Numbered from the stretch's first letter, positions 8,607-19,036 are shown. The stretch: DNA of 32,000 bases from Erysipelothrix inopinata (GCF_014396165.1 NZ_CP060715.1:960001-992000); one strand, 5' to 3'. The notes: generated by a model from the sequence alone, not told the origin. Numbers and translations are program-made.

Positions 8607-8644
8607 TTGTCAGAGATAGAAAAGCATGATAAACTACAAATGTA
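8607..8644 (+). promoter_or_regulatory. copZA promoter with a CopY-type cop box
   Basis: TTGTCA (8607-8612), 17-nt spacer, TAAACT (8630-8635). TACAAATGTA (8635-8644) matches the TACAnnTGTA cop-box consensus and overlaps the -10 and transcription start region. Confidence 0.6.
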
Positions 8645-8664
8645 AACGAAAGAAGGAGTAACAT

Positions 8665-8868
8665 ATGGAAAAACAATATTTAGTAGAAGGAATGACATGT
8701 AATCACTGTAAAGCACGCGTTGAAAAGGCAATTGAAGCAGTTGAAGGTGCTGAAGTTGTTTCAATTGATGTTGATTCAAAACAAGCAATCTTAAACGTAG
8801 AAAATGAAGATGTTGCAATGGAAGTTAAGGAAGCTGTTGCAAACAGTGGTTATGCTTTAAAAGAATAG
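8665..8868 (+). CDS. copZ: Copper chaperone CopZ (HMA domain)
   Basis: 67 aa with the GMTCNHC metal-binding motif in a beta-alpha-beta-beta-alpha-beta length context. Confidence 0.9.
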   Translation: MEKQYLVEGMTCNHCKARVEKAIEAVEGAEVVSIDVDSKQAILNVENEDVAMEVKEAVANSGYALKE

Positions 8869-8877
8869 AGGTGCAGT

Positions 8878-11331
8878 ATGAAAGATAAGACATATGATAT
8901 TACAGGGATGACATGTGCTTCATGCCAAACACATGTCGAGAAAGCAATTGCTGGATTAGAGGGTGTTGATCACGTTGATGTAAACTTGATGACAGAACAA
9001 GCTCATGTTGTTATGAATGACACCGTGACAGATGAAACCATTAGAAAAGCAGTCGAAGACAGTGGTTATGGTGTAGCGGAAAAAACAGTATTAAAAGAAG
9101 TTGAATTAAAGATAACAGACATGACCTGTTCCTCATGTGTTGCGAATATTGAAGGTGCACTTCAAGGACTGTCAGGTATTGATAAAGCAGTCGTGAATTT
9201 AATGTCTGAACATGCACTCATAACCTACAATCCGTCAAAAGTTAAGCTTGTTGATATTATTGAGACAATTGAAGGTCAAGGATATGGTGCTAAACAAATC
9301 GAACGCGATATGTTTGCAGTTGATGAAACAGCCATTAAAAAGCAAAAAAAAGAGAAGCGAAATCTTACAATTAGCCTTATCTTAGGAGGGTTGATTCTAT
9401 ATATTACTATGGGACAAATGATTCCAGGAGTAACGCTACCGTTACCTTCTTTCATGAGTATTCATGATCATCCTTTGATGTATAGTATTGTTCAAATCAT
9501 CTTGACAGTACCTGTAGTAATTCTAAACTTAGGATATTTCAAACGTGGTTTTAAAACATTATTCAAAGGTCACCCAAACATGGACTCATTAGTAGCCATT
9601 GGTACAGGTTCGGCTTTAGTATATAGTGTTTATGGTTTCATTCAAATCATGAATGGTAACTTAGATTTTGTTCATCATCTATATTTTGAATCCGCAGTTG
9701 TTATCTTGGCCCTTATTAGTTTGGGTAAATATATGGAAACAAGCAGTAAATCGAAAACTTCATCTGCTATCAAAGCTCTTTTAAATCTTAAGCCTAAAAA
9801 AGCAATTTTGCTTCGTGACGGTGAAGAAATTGAAATTGATTCTGATGAAATTACGGTTGGAGATCGTTTGGTTGTAAAACCTGGATCTTCAATTCCAATG
9901 GATGGTGTCATTATTGAAGGGCATACAAGTATTGATGAATCAATGATTACTGGTGAAAGTATGCCAGTTGATAAAGCAATCGATGACGATGTTATCATGG
10001 GAACCATGAATACTAATGGACGTATTATTATCCAGGCGACTGTCGCTAACGAGGATACAAAGCTTGCTCAAATCGTCAAACTCGTTGAAAATGCTCAAAA
10101 TGAAAAGGCTCCAATTGCAAAAGTCGCTGATAAAGTATCAGGTGTCTTTGTACCGGTAGTTATCGTCATTGCAATTGTCTCAGCCTTACTATGGTTCTTC
10201 TTTACAAAAGATCTTGAACTCAGTCTTACAATCTTTGTTACTGTTTTAGTTATTGCATGTCCTTGTTCATTGGGATTAGCAACACCGACAGCAATTATGG
10301 TTGGTACTGGAGTGGGTGCTGAAAATGGAATCTTCATTAAATCTGCTGAAGCACTTGAGGAAGCATCTCATGTAGATACGGTTGTATTTGATAAAACTGG
10401 AACATTAACTTATGGAACACCGGTTGTTACCGATGTGAAAACTAAAGGTGATGTCTCAGCATTAATGGCAATTGTTGGTGCAGTAGAAAGTGCTTCTGAA
10501 CATCCACTTGCTGCAGCAATCGTTGAAGAAGCTCGTAAGTACCATGATTCATTTGAAACTGCAACAGATTTTGAAGCGTTAGTGGGACGGGGTGTCGTAG
10601 GATATCTCGGAACAAAAAGAGTTCTTATTGGTAATGAGAAACTGATGGTTGAAAATAATATTTCGACAGCTGGTTACGAACAAGATATACACCAATTAGC
10701 TCAAGAAGGTAAAACAGCGATGATTGTTGCACTTGGTAATAATATCGTTGGGATCATTGCAGTTGCTGATACAATTAAAAAAGAAGCAATTCGAACTGTA
10801 TCGATGCTTCAAGATATGAATATTGACGTTGTGATGATGACTGGTGACCACCGTGAAACTGCACAAGCAATTGCTGGTCAAATTGGAATTACACATATCT
10901 TTGCGGAAGTGCTTCCAGAAGATAAAGCAAATCATATCAAAGACCTACAAGATCAAGGTAAGTCAGTGATGATGGTTGGTGATGGAATCAACGATGCGAT
11001 TGCATTGGTTCAGTCAAATGTTGGTGTCGCAGTTGGAACGGGTACCGATGTAGCGATTGAATCTGCAAAAGTTGTCTTAATGAAAGATGATATTACTGAT
11101 GTAGTCAATGCACTTTCTTTAAGTCAGGCTACGATGCGTAATATTCGTCAAAATCTATTCTGGGCATTTGCCTACAACGCTGTTGGAATTCCATTTGCGG
11201 CAGGCCTATTCAAGGTTCTCTTCAATGGACCACTCTTGGATCCAATGATTGCTGGAGCGGCAATGGCACTCAGTTCAGTATCGGTTGTAACCAATGCATT
11301 ACGATTACGTCGATTTAAAATTAAGAAATAA
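8878..11331 (+). CDS. copA: Copper-translocating P1B-type ATPase with two N-terminal HMA domains
   Basis: GMTCASC and DMTCSSC, TGES, the CPC motif (IACPCSLGLATP), DKTGTLT, SEHPLA, GDGINDA. Confidence 0.95.
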   Translation: MKDKTYDITGMTCASCQTHVEKAIAGLEGVDHVDVNLMTEQAHVVMNDTVTDETIRKAVEDSGYGVAEKTVLKEVELKITDMTCSSCVANIEGALQGLSGIDKAVVNLMSEHALITYNPSKVKLVDIIETIEGQGYGAKQIERDMFAVDETAIKKQKKEKRNLTISLILGGLILYITMGQMIPGVTLPLPSFMSIHDHPLMYSIVQIILTVPVVILNLGYFKRGFKTLFKGHPNMDSLVAIGTGSALVYSVYGFIQIMNGNLDFVHHLYFESAVVILALISLGKYMETSSKSKTSSAIKALLNLKPKKAILLRDGEEIEIDSDEITVGDRLVVKPGSSIPMDGVIIEGHTSIDESMITGESMPVDKAIDDDVIMGTMNTNGRIIIQATVANEDTKLAQIVKLVENAQNEKAPIAKVADKVSGVFVPVVIVIAIVSALLWFFFTKDLELSLTIFVTVLVIACPCSLGLATPTAIMVGTGVGAENGIFIKSAEALEEASHVDTVVFDKTGTLTYGTPVVTDVKTKGDVSALMAIVGAVESASEHPLAAAIVEEARKYHDSFETATDFEALVGRGVVGYLGTKRVLIGNEKLMVENNISTAGYEQDIHQLAQEGKTAMIVALGNNIVGIIAVADTIKKEAIRTVSMLQDMNIDVVMMTGDHRETAQAIAGQIGITHIFAEVLPEDKANHIKDLQDQGKSVMMVGDGINDAIALVQSNVGVAVGTGTDVAIESAKVVLMKDDITDVVNALSLSQATMRNIRQNLFWAFAYNAVGIPFAAGLFKVLFNGPLLDPMIAGAAMALSSVSVVTNALRLRRFKIKK

Positions 11332-11333
11332 AA

Positions 11334-11359
11334 AAAGAGATGGAGGAATCCATCTCTTT
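11334..11359. terminator. Bidirectional terminator shared by copA and the convergent cold-shock gene
   Basis: AAAGAGATGG-loop-CCATCTCTTT flanked by an A-run (a T-run on the minus strand). Confidence 0.75.
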
Positions 11360-11396
11360 ATCCATGTCGCTCATTAGTGTGCTTTGAGAGCGATTA

Positions 11397-11600
11397 TTAT
11401 AAGCCTTTAACGTTGATAGCTTGTGGTCCACGTTGTCCCATTTCGATATCGAAAGTAACAACTTGTCCTTCGTTTAAAGTTTTGTAACCTTCTGAAACAA
11501 TTCCTGAGAAGTGAACAAATAGTTCCTCATTGTTTGAGTCATTGATGATAAATCCAAAACCTTTTTCTGCATTAAAAAATTTAACTTTTCCTGATTCCAT
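11397..11600 (-). CDS. Cold-shock protein (CspA family)
   Basis: [18 protein letters not shown] (RNP1) and ELFVHFSGI (RNP2), 67 aa, AGGAGG RBS. Confidence 0.95.
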   Translation of the reverse strand: MESGKVKFFNAEKGFGFIINDSNNEELFVHFSGIVSEGYKTLNEGQVVTFDIEMGQRGPQAINVKGL

Positions 11601-11675
11601 GTGATTTCCTCCTGTCTAGAGTAAGTTTCTATATTATATGACAGAATCACATAAGAAATATTACTTAACTTATGC

Positions 11676-11704
11676 ATTATACAGTTTATATGATGATTTG
11701 TCAA
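11676..11704 (-). promoter_or_regulatory. Full-consensus sigma-A promoter of the cold-shock gene
   Basis: Minus strand: TTGACA (11704-11699), 17-nt spacer, TATAAT (11681-11676), leaving a leader of about 70 nt. Confidence 0.7.
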
Positions 11705-11720
11705 TCAAACCATTCATGAG

Positions 11721-13243
11721 GATTGTGTAAAATAGGTGGGGGAATACAAAAAGCGATAACTCGCTTATAATGGTTTTACTACAAACTATTAGAAAGTGAG
11801 CTATCGCCATGACTATTTTACCACAATTTGAATTATCCAACACCTTAAAAAATTTATTTGTGTCTATCCAGGAATCAACGAATTACCTTTTAGAACCTAC
11901 CAATCAAGAATTTACGATCCGTAATTACTCTCAGTTTATTGAACATACTTCAGAATGGCTTCGCATTGCTGCTTGTGACTATCTTGTTCAAAACTTTGAA
12001 CTTCTTGATTTAAAATTTAAGAATTCCGCACTTCGTAAAAGAGATTACTATGTTCACCAAACACGTGAACGCACCCTTATTACTGTATTTGGAGTCGTGA
12101 AGTTTAAACGAACTATCTACAAAGATAAGACTACAGGAAAAACCTTTATCTATGTCGATCGCAAACTAGGTTTACCTAAATATGATCGCTATGACCCATG
12201 CGTAAAGTGCATGATTGTGGAGACTTTTGCGAATCAAAATTCAATGATTAAAGTCGGAGAGCAGATTGGTGACAGAATCTTTTCTTCTTTCTCAACGTCT
12301 CAGCATCGTGAACATTATCGTATATCAAGACAAACAGTTTATAATACCGTTAAACGTCCCTTGCCGTCACTGTCTGAACTTTGTGAGCCTAAGCCTACAC
12401 CAAGTCACTTATACATCATGGCCGATGAAAAGTATGTTCATATGCAACGTAATGAATCTCAGTCTGTCATGGTCAAGTCAGCTGTAATTTTTGAAGGTAT
12501 AAAAGGACCTCAGAAGCGCCGTCAATTGATTAATAAAATGGTTTATTCAGGAACTGAAAGTAATTTCTGGAATAGTGTATATGACCTCTTATCAATCACG
12601 TATGATATGGATAAAATCAAGAATATTACCATACTCGGAGATGGTGCTTTATGGATTAAGTCAGGAACTCGTGAATTTTCTCATAGTAGCTTTGCCCTTG
12701 ATAAGTTTCACTTTAAACAAGCACTTAATCATATCACCACAGATAAACCTACAAAAGAAATCCTCGCCTCCAATATAATTAACGGAAATACTGAAACCTT
12801 TAATCAAATCATTCAAACCTTGATAGATGGTACAGAACAATCAAATCGTCAAAAAACAATAGAAGAAAAATGTAATTATATACTACGCAATACTCTTGCG
12901 ATACAGTACAGCTACAACGGCTTGAAAATAGGTTGTAGTATGGAGTCAGCTATCAGTCATAATCTCGCTTCTATATACTCAAATAGACCTAAGGGATACT
13001 GCAAAGAAAATTTAAATGCTTATCTTAATCTAAGAAACTTATTCCTTAACCATATCGATATTAGAAACTTATATTTAGATTCAATAGATCCTAAAAGTAT
13101 AAAACAAAAAGAAGCCAAATATGACTTCTCGATGTTCGAACAACGAAATGCTTACGATAAATCCTCGAGTTCAAGATGGCTTAAGGCACATATCAGCAGA
13201 AATTAAAGAAACCATTATTTTCCCCCACTTATTTGACACTAAC
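11721..13243 (+). mobile_element. Insertion sequence copy 1, ISLre2/UPF0236-like, 1523 bp
   Basis: Boundaries come from comparison with copy 2. Imperfect terminal IRs are GATTGTGTAAAATAGGTGGGGGAA and GTTAGTGTCAAATAAGTGGGGGAA. The flanking direct repeat ATTCATGAG lies at 11712-11720 and 13244-13252. Confidence 0.9.
11809..13206 (+). CDS. Transposase (ISLre2/UPF0236-like family; family call from pattern memory)
   Basis: 465 aa. FGVVKFKRTIYKDKTTGKTFIYVDRKLGLPKYDR, LGDGALWIK and LDKFHFKQ resemble ISLre2-type transposases. The protein is identical to 21156-22553. Confidence 0.7.
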   Translation: MTILPQFELSNTLKNLFVSIQESTNYLLEPTNQEFTIRNYSQFIEHTSEWLRIAACDYLVQNFELLDLKFKNSALRKRDYYVHQTRERTLITVFGVVKFKRTIYKDKTTGKTFIYVDRKLGLPKYDRYDPCVKCMIVETFANQNSMIKVGEQIGDRIFSSFSTSQHREHYRISRQTVYNTVKRPLPSLSELCEPKPTPSHLYIMADEKYVHMQRNESQSVMVKSAVIFEGIKGPQKRRQLINKMVYSGTESNFWNSVYDLLSITYDMDKIKNITILGDGALWIKSGTREFSHSSFALDKFHFKQALNHITTDKPTKEILASNIINGNTETFNQIIQTLIDGTEQSNRQKTIEEKCNYILRNTLAIQYSYNGLKIGCSMESAISHNLASIYSNRPKGYCKENLNAYLNLRNLFLNHIDIRNLYLDSIDPKSIKQKEAKYDFSMFEQRNAYDKSSSSRWLKAHISRN

Positions 13244-13280
13244 ATTCATGAGAGTATTCATGTACTTTTAAAATCTATCT

Positions 13281-13289
13281 TGATATAAT
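13281..13289 (+). promoter_or_regulatory. Extended -10 element upstream of the small-ORF pair
   Basis: TGaTATAAT lies 28 nt upstream of the ATG at 13317. Confidence 0.4.
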
Positions 13290-13316
13290 TGATATAAGAA
13301 TTAAGGATGTGATAGA

Positions 13317-13508
13317 ATGCGACATATTATATTTGTCAAAGGATTGGACAGTGAAGAAAAAGCACAACGTATTTCGGAAACTCTCGATGAAACTCGTTTA
13401 AAATATACAGTGAGTGTCATATCATCAAGCGTTACGGTAGAAGGATCAAATGATTCTGTATACACAGCAAAACAAGCCATCATGCAAGCTGGATTTATGG
13501 TTCAATAA
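13317..13508 (+). CDS. Small HMA-fold-like protein lacking the CxxC metal site
   Basis: 63 aa. It aligns by eye to CopZ secondary-structure blocks (IIFVKG / KAQRISETLDE / YTVSV / VTVEG / AKQAIMQAGF), but carries LDSEE where MxCxxC would be. AAGGA RBS. Confidence 0.6.
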   Translation: MRHIIFVKGLDSEEKAQRISETLDETRLKYTVSVISSSVTVEGSNDSVYTAKQAIMQAGFMVQ

Positions 13509-13687
13509 TGGCATATTTTAATTATCATGCACGTGCAAAAGAATTAATTGCGACAGGTCATCTTACACATTTTGAAATTGTAGACGATTGGAATGGTATT
13601 AAGCCAGCATTGGTTTTGTATTTTGATAATTACCGCCCGATGCCAATTCGAGAATATCGCTGGCCCGAGTATTTTGAAATACTCTAA
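13508..13687 (+). CDS. Hypothetical 59-aa protein, translationally coupled; not in the ORF track (below the size cutoff)
   Basis: The ATG overlaps the upstream stop (TAATG). Product: MAYFNYHARAKELIATGHLTHFEIVDDWNGIKPALVLYFDNYRPMPIREYRWPEYFEIL. A terminator follows about 20 nt downstream. Confidence 0.55.
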   Translation: MAYFNYHARAKELIATGHLTHFEIVDDWNGIKPALVLYFDNYRPMPIREYRWPEYFEIL

Positions 13688-13707
13688 TAAAGTTATAAAT
13701 ACTGAGA

Positions 13708-13738
13708 GAGAAACTGGTTCATTACAGTTTCTTTTTTA
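13708..13738 (+). terminator. Rho-independent terminator of the small-ORF pair
   Basis: GAGAAACTG-loop-CAGTTTCTT followed by TTTTT. Confidence 0.7.
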
Positions 13739-13826
13739 TTGCGACAATGATTGAAATAACTTGTATTTATGCTGAATAGTCATCAAACACTTGTCTTGAA
13801 TTAGTATACGCATGAAAATGACTGTC

Positions 13827-14003
13827 TCATTCGAGATTGAGGAGTAGTTTATAGATAGATTCGTATTGGTCCATGAGCAGCATGTGTTTCACAGAACTTT
13901 GTATCTTCATAATCAACGAATTCCTTAAATAAGAGTGGGTTCGAGATAATATTTTTCTTTCTCGATTATCATCCTCGAAATCATAATGGGTATTTGGTTG
14001 CAT
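13827..14003 (-). CDS. Possible 58-codon ORF in the otherwise empty pgk upstream gap (may be a gene relic or spurious)
   Basis: The ATG is preceded by GAGGAA about 10 nt upstream. Product: MQPNTHYDFEDDNRERKILSRTHSYLRNSLIMKIQSSVKHMLLMDQYESIYKLLLNLE. I recognise no family. Confidence 0.2.
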   Translation of the reverse strand: MQPNTHYDFEDDNRERKILSRTHSYLRNSLIMKIQSSVKHMLLMDQYESIYKLLLNLE

Positions 14004-14183
14004 TTTTAAAATTTCCTCAATTTTAAGATTAACTAAAAAATATGAAATTGACGGATACTTACTTATTTACAGTTCTCTTTATGAGAAAAGTGAATCCTTT
14101 AACAAATGAAAAGGGTTACATGAGTTGTTTTTTAAGTTTCGGTAAACTCTATGTGAAATCACGGACATCTCACTGATATTTAA

Positions 14184-14212
14184 TTGTTTATCAAATGTTT
14201 ATTTGCTATAAT
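14184..14212 (+). promoter_or_regulatory. Promoter of pgk-tpiA-eno
   Basis: TTGTTT (14184-14189), 17-nt spacer ending in TGc, TATAAT (14207-14212). This gives an extended -10. Confidence 0.65.
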
Positions 14213-14237
14213 GTGGGAGGTAAATAAGGAGGCAATT

Positions 14238-15437
14238 ATGACAAAAAGAACTGTCAGTGATCTTGATGTTGCTGGTAAACGTGTCATTGTACGTGTTGAC
14301 TTTAACGTTCCACTAAAAGATGGCGTTATTACAGATGACAACAGAATCAATGGAGCTCTACCAACAATCAAATATTTGGTAGAACATAATGCAAAAGTTA
14401 TTCTTATGTCGCACTTGGGGAAAGTAAACCATAAGGATGCAGAAAAAACAGAAGCAGACAAAGCTAAAAACGATTTAGCTCCTGTAGCAGTACGTCTACA
14501 AGAGTTATTACCGGAATCAAAGGTAACCTTTGTTCCAGTTACTCGTGGAAAAGCGCTTGAAGATGCTATTTCATCATTAGAGGATGGAAATATTGTCTTA
14601 ATGCAAAATACACGTTATGAAGTTGGCGAAAGTAAAAATGATGACAACCTTGCTGAATACTGGGCAAGTTTAGGTGATCTATTCGTTAGTGATGCATTTG
14701 GATCAGTCCACCGTGCTCACGCTTCAACTGTCGGAATTGCAAAACATCTTCCTTCAGCATTGGGATTCCTTGTTGAAAAAGAAGTTAAATTCTTAACAGA
14801 AGCTATCTACTCACCAAAACGTCCATTCGTGGCTATTCTTGGTGGTGCTAAAGTTAGTGATAAAATCAGTGTTATTGAAAACTTATTAGATGTTGCTGAT
14901 AAAGTTATCGTTGGTGGTGGAATGGCATATACATTCTATAAAGCAATGGGACGTGAAATCGGGACATCACTCGTAGAAATGGATCGTATTGATGTTGCGA
15001 AAGCAATCATGGAAAAAGCAGGAGATAAACTTATCTTGCCTGTGGATACTGTCGTAGCTAAAGAATTTGCACCTGATGCAACTCCAGTTGTAGTGAGTGC
15101 AGATGCTATTCCAGCAGATATGATGGGACTTGACATTGGACCTAAATCAATCGAACTTTTCAAAAATGAATTACAAGGCGCAAAAACAGTTGTATGGAAT
15201 GGACCAATGGGAGTGTTTGAATTTGAAGCATTCGCTAAGGGAACATTATCAATCTGTGAAGCAATCACTGAACTCCCTGACGTATTAAGCGTTATCGGTG
15301 GTGGTGACTCTGCTGCAGCTGCAATCCAACTAGGATTTAAAGACCAAATCACACACATTTCAACAGGTGGTGGTGCAAGCTTAGAATTTATGGAAGGAAA
15401 AGAATTGCCAGGTATTGCTGCAATTCAGGATAAATAA
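14238..15437 (+). CDS. pgk: Phosphoglycerate kinase
   Basis: The start moves to the ATG at 14238 behind AAGGAGG ([25 protein letters not shown]). Other hallmarks: SHLGKV, NTRYE, and GGGDSAAA near the C-terminus. Confidence 0.95.
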   Translation: MTKRTVSDLDVAGKRVIVRVDFNVPLKDGVITDDNRINGALPTIKYLVEHNAKVILMSHLGKVNHKDAEKTEADKAKNDLAPVAVRLQELLPESKVTFVPVTRGKALEDAISSLEDGNIVLMQNTRYEVGESKNDDNLAEYWASLGDLFVSDAFGSVHRAHASTVGIAKHLPSALGFLVEKEVKFLTEAIYSPKRPFVAILGGAKVSDKISVIENLLDVADKVIVGGGMAYTFYKAMGREIGTSLVEMDRIDVAKAIMEKAGDKLILPVDTVVAKEFAPDATPVVVSADAIPADMMGLDIGPKSIELFKNELQGAKTVVWNGPMGVFEFEAFAKGTLSICEAITELPDVLSVIGGGDSAAAAIQLGFKDQITHISTGGGASLEFMEGKELPGIAAIQDK

Positions 15438-15439
15438 TT

Positions 15440-16183
15440 ATGAGAAAACCAATTATCTTCGGTAACTGGAAAATGAATAAAACAAATGCTCAAGCACAAG
15501 TCTTCTTTGACGGTGTTGAAGCATTCGTAACAGATAAAGCTGACTTTGGAGTTGCTGTACCTTTTACAGCTCTTGCAACATCAGTGAATGCTGCATCAAA
15601 AATGAATGTAGCTGCTGAAAACGTACACTGGGCACCTAACGGCGCATATACTGGTGAAGTTTCAGTTGAAATGTTAAAAGAAATCGGTGTCAAATGGGTT
15701 GTTTTAGGACACTCAGAACGTCGTCAATACTTTAACGAAACGGATGCTGACATCAACAAGAAAGCTGTTGTCACAATCGAAAACGGAATCACACCAATCG
15801 TTTGTGTTGGTGAAACACTTGACGAATTTGAAGCAGGTAATACTGAATCAGTAGTTCGTACACAAGTATCAGGATGCTTAACAGGATTAAACGGCGAAGA
15901 CGTAAAAAACATCGTTATCGCTTATGAACCAGTTTGGGCAATCGGAACAGGTAAGAGTGCAACTGTTGAAATTGCACAAAACACATGTGCATTAGTGCGT
16001 GACGAAGTTCGTAATATCTTCGGAAACGATGTTGCTGATGCAGTACGTATTCAATACGGTGGATCTGTTAAACCAGATAACATCGAAGAATACATGTCAC
16101 AAGAAGACATTGATGGTGCATTGATTGGTGGCGCTTCATTAGAAGTTGACTCATTCAAAGCAATCATTGATGCAATTAAATAG
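15440..16183 (+). CDS. tpiA: Triosephosphate isomerase
   Basis: GNWKMN, VLGHSERR, AYEPVWAIGTGK, YGGSVKP. Confidence 0.95.
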   Translation: MRKPIIFGNWKMNKTNAQAQVFFDGVEAFVTDKADFGVAVPFTALATSVNAASKMNVAAENVHWAPNGAYTGEVSVEMLKEIGVKWVVLGHSERRQYFNETDADINKKAVVTIENGITPIVCVGETLDEFEAGNTESVVRTQVSGCLTGLNGEDVKNIVIAYEPVWAIGTGKSATVEIAQNTCALVRDEVRNIFGNDVADAVRIQYGGSVKPDNIEEYMSQEDIDGALIGGASLEVDSFKAIIDAIK

Positions 16184-17503
<1,320 letters not shown>

Positions 17504-17510
17504 ATTTTAT

Positions 17511-17538
17511 AGCTGTCAGTTTCCTGACAGCTTTTTTT
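17511..17538 (+). terminator. eno rho-independent terminator
   Basis: AGCTGTCAG-TTTC-CTGACAGCT followed by T7 (17532-17538). The ISL3 element starts at the next base. Confidence 0.85.
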
Positions 17539-19036
17539 GGCTCTTGAAAATCTAGTGTTGGTGAACTCCAATATTGATTTAGAGTCACGGCTCCATCACA
17601 TTAATTTGTGGTGGAGCTTTTTATAATTGTAATGGTAACATTGTGTTGCTTATAAGTAAAACTCTCGCTCTAAAATTTGTGAATGATCGATACCCGAATG
17701 CAATTCTCTTAATTACTTTTATTAAGTTATTAGTACCTTCTAATTTTCCGTTTGAGTATTCATAAGTAAGTGCATTAAGTATCGATGTTTTATGATAGTT
17801 GAATGTATTGATTGTGGTTTGAATCGTCTTGGGTAGATGTTTGTAATTCTTGGATATTAAGTCTTCGAAATAGTCTATTTGCCTGTTATTGATAGAGAGC
17901 CGTATTCGCTGCATTAACCAATAACACTCTTCGAGTTCTTTTGAAGATCTCAAGAGTTCATCGACGACCTGTTGTTCAGTCATAAGATGAGGGAAACACT
18001 TAAAGTGCTTATATTCTTTGTCATCTAAATCATCTTGAGTCATCATTAAGAGTTTCCAATACTTCTTCAATTTAGAGTAGTATTGTTTATTCTCTTTCAT
18101 AACTTGCGTCCTTACAGAGTTGAATGATCGATTAATAAGCTGAACGACATGGAATCTATCGGTAATTATTTTAGCGTTAGGGAAACAGGACTTTACGAGG
18201 TCGATATATCCTTTAAACATATCCATAGAAACAGTCTCTACTTGTTTTCTAACTTCAAGAGGGAATGAAAAGAAATAAGACTTGAGGAAACCAATATGAC
18301 GATGCGTAAGGATATCCAGTATCTTACCTGTATCAGCGTCTGTAAAAATAAATGACATCTTACCCTTAACCTCTTTAACTGACTTAAACTCATCGAAGGA
18401 TAGGTTCTTGGGCAAGGAATTGTGAGGTTGAATAAACTTTGAATTGATATTTGTGATCCAAGAGTTAATGGTAGTGTGAGAGATATTATTACTCTTTGAT
18501 ATATCCCAAACAGAACGTTTTGTCTTAATTTCTAAAAGTACTTTATGATAGGTGTTCTTGGATATGGAGCAGTTTTTATCAACTAGGTTTGTTTGAGAGA
18601 TAAATGTATGCGAACACATCTTGCAGTAATAGCGTTGTTTTTTAAGTTTTAAGTAGGTTGTGAAATTAGAACACTTTGGAAGTTTAATTGTGACAGACTT
18701 AGTTCCGTTTTTAATAATAGAGTTATCTTGATTAATGCAACCACATTTTGTGCAATAATCGGGATGATCCGGAGAGTGTGTAGCGTATACAACGTGAGAT
18801 AAAACTCCTTTTATGACTTCTTGTTGAACACTTTCATCTGAAAAATGTATGGATTTGTCTTTAATATTAAGTAAAATTCGTGTATTATTTTGATTGGACA
18901 TAGATGATGGATCCCTTTCTCTGGTTGTGGTGACTTTAGTATAGAGGATTTACTTATCTATGTCTTTTTTTATTATCTAAAATAAAAAAGTGTTGATGAG
19001 ATAAATATCTCACCAACACCAGATTTTAAAGAACCC
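17539..19036 (-). mobile_element. ISL3-family insertion sequence, 1498 bp
   Basis: Terminal IRs are GGCTCTTGAAAATCTAGTGTTGGTGA (17539-) and, at the right end in reverse complement, GGGTTCTTTAAAATCTGGTGTTGGTGA (-19036). T7 lies on both flanks (17532-17538 and 19037-19043). Confidence 0.85.
17621..18901 (-). CDS. ISL3 family transposase
   Basis: 426 aa with an N-terminal zinc-finger-like C..C...C..C region (CTKCGC...YYCKMCSHTF). The overall pattern (ILLNIKDK, FDEFKS, DRFHVVQ) is typical of ISL3. Confidence 0.85.
   Translation of the reverse strand: MSNQNNTRILLNIKDKSIHFSDESVQQEVIKGVLSHVVYATHSPDHPDYCTKCGCINQDNSIIKNGTKSVTIKLPKCSNFTTYLKLKKQRYYCKMCSHTFISQTNLVDKNCSISKNTYHKVLLEIKTKRSVWDISKSNNISHTTINSWITNINSKFIQPHNSLPKNLSFDEFKSVKEVKGKMSFIFTDADTGKILDILTHRHIGFLKSYFFSFPLEVRKQVETVSMDMFKGYIDLVKSCFPNAKIITDRFHVVQLINRSFNSVRTQVMKENKQYYSKLKKYWKLLMMTQDDLDDKEYKHFKCFPHLMTEQQVVDELLRSSKELEECYWLMQRIRLSINNRQIDYFEDLISKNYKHLPKTIQTTINTFNYHKTSILNALTYEYSNGKLEGTNNLIKVIKRIAFGYRSFTNFRARVLLISNTMLPLQL

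Noticed and set aside
8585-8818. A 77-aa Leu/Gln-rich ORF antisense to copZ that looks like a coiled-coil or repeat peptide
   Set aside because: It overlaps the cop promoter and the well-supported copZ. The composition is the mirror image of the copZ codons, and there is no start context.
12266-12778. Small ORFs (73 aa, 67 aa) that occur twice in the window with identical sequence
   Set aside because: They are alternative-frame ORFs nested in the transposase gene. They are duplicated only because the whole IS is duplicated.
13317-13508. A second copper chaperone near the cop operon
   Set aside because: The fold-like pattern is present, but both metal-binding cysteines are absent. It is reported as an HMA-like protein of unknown role instead.
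14140-14177. A CggR-like operator (CGGTAAACTCTATGTG ... CGGACATCTCACTGAT) upstream of pgk
   Set aside because: It matches the CGGGAC-N6-TGTC direct-repeat consensus only loosely, the spacing is off by about 2 nt, and no cggR gene is present. This is not enough to call.
14936-15358. Long antisense ORFs inside pgk (14936-15358), eno (16972-17364), copA (9675-10007, 10095-10337, 10696-10935) and tpiA
   Set aside because: They lie entirely within strongly supported genes on the opposite strand and have no RBS. Their low-complexity S/T/A/I-rich products are typical of antisense frames.
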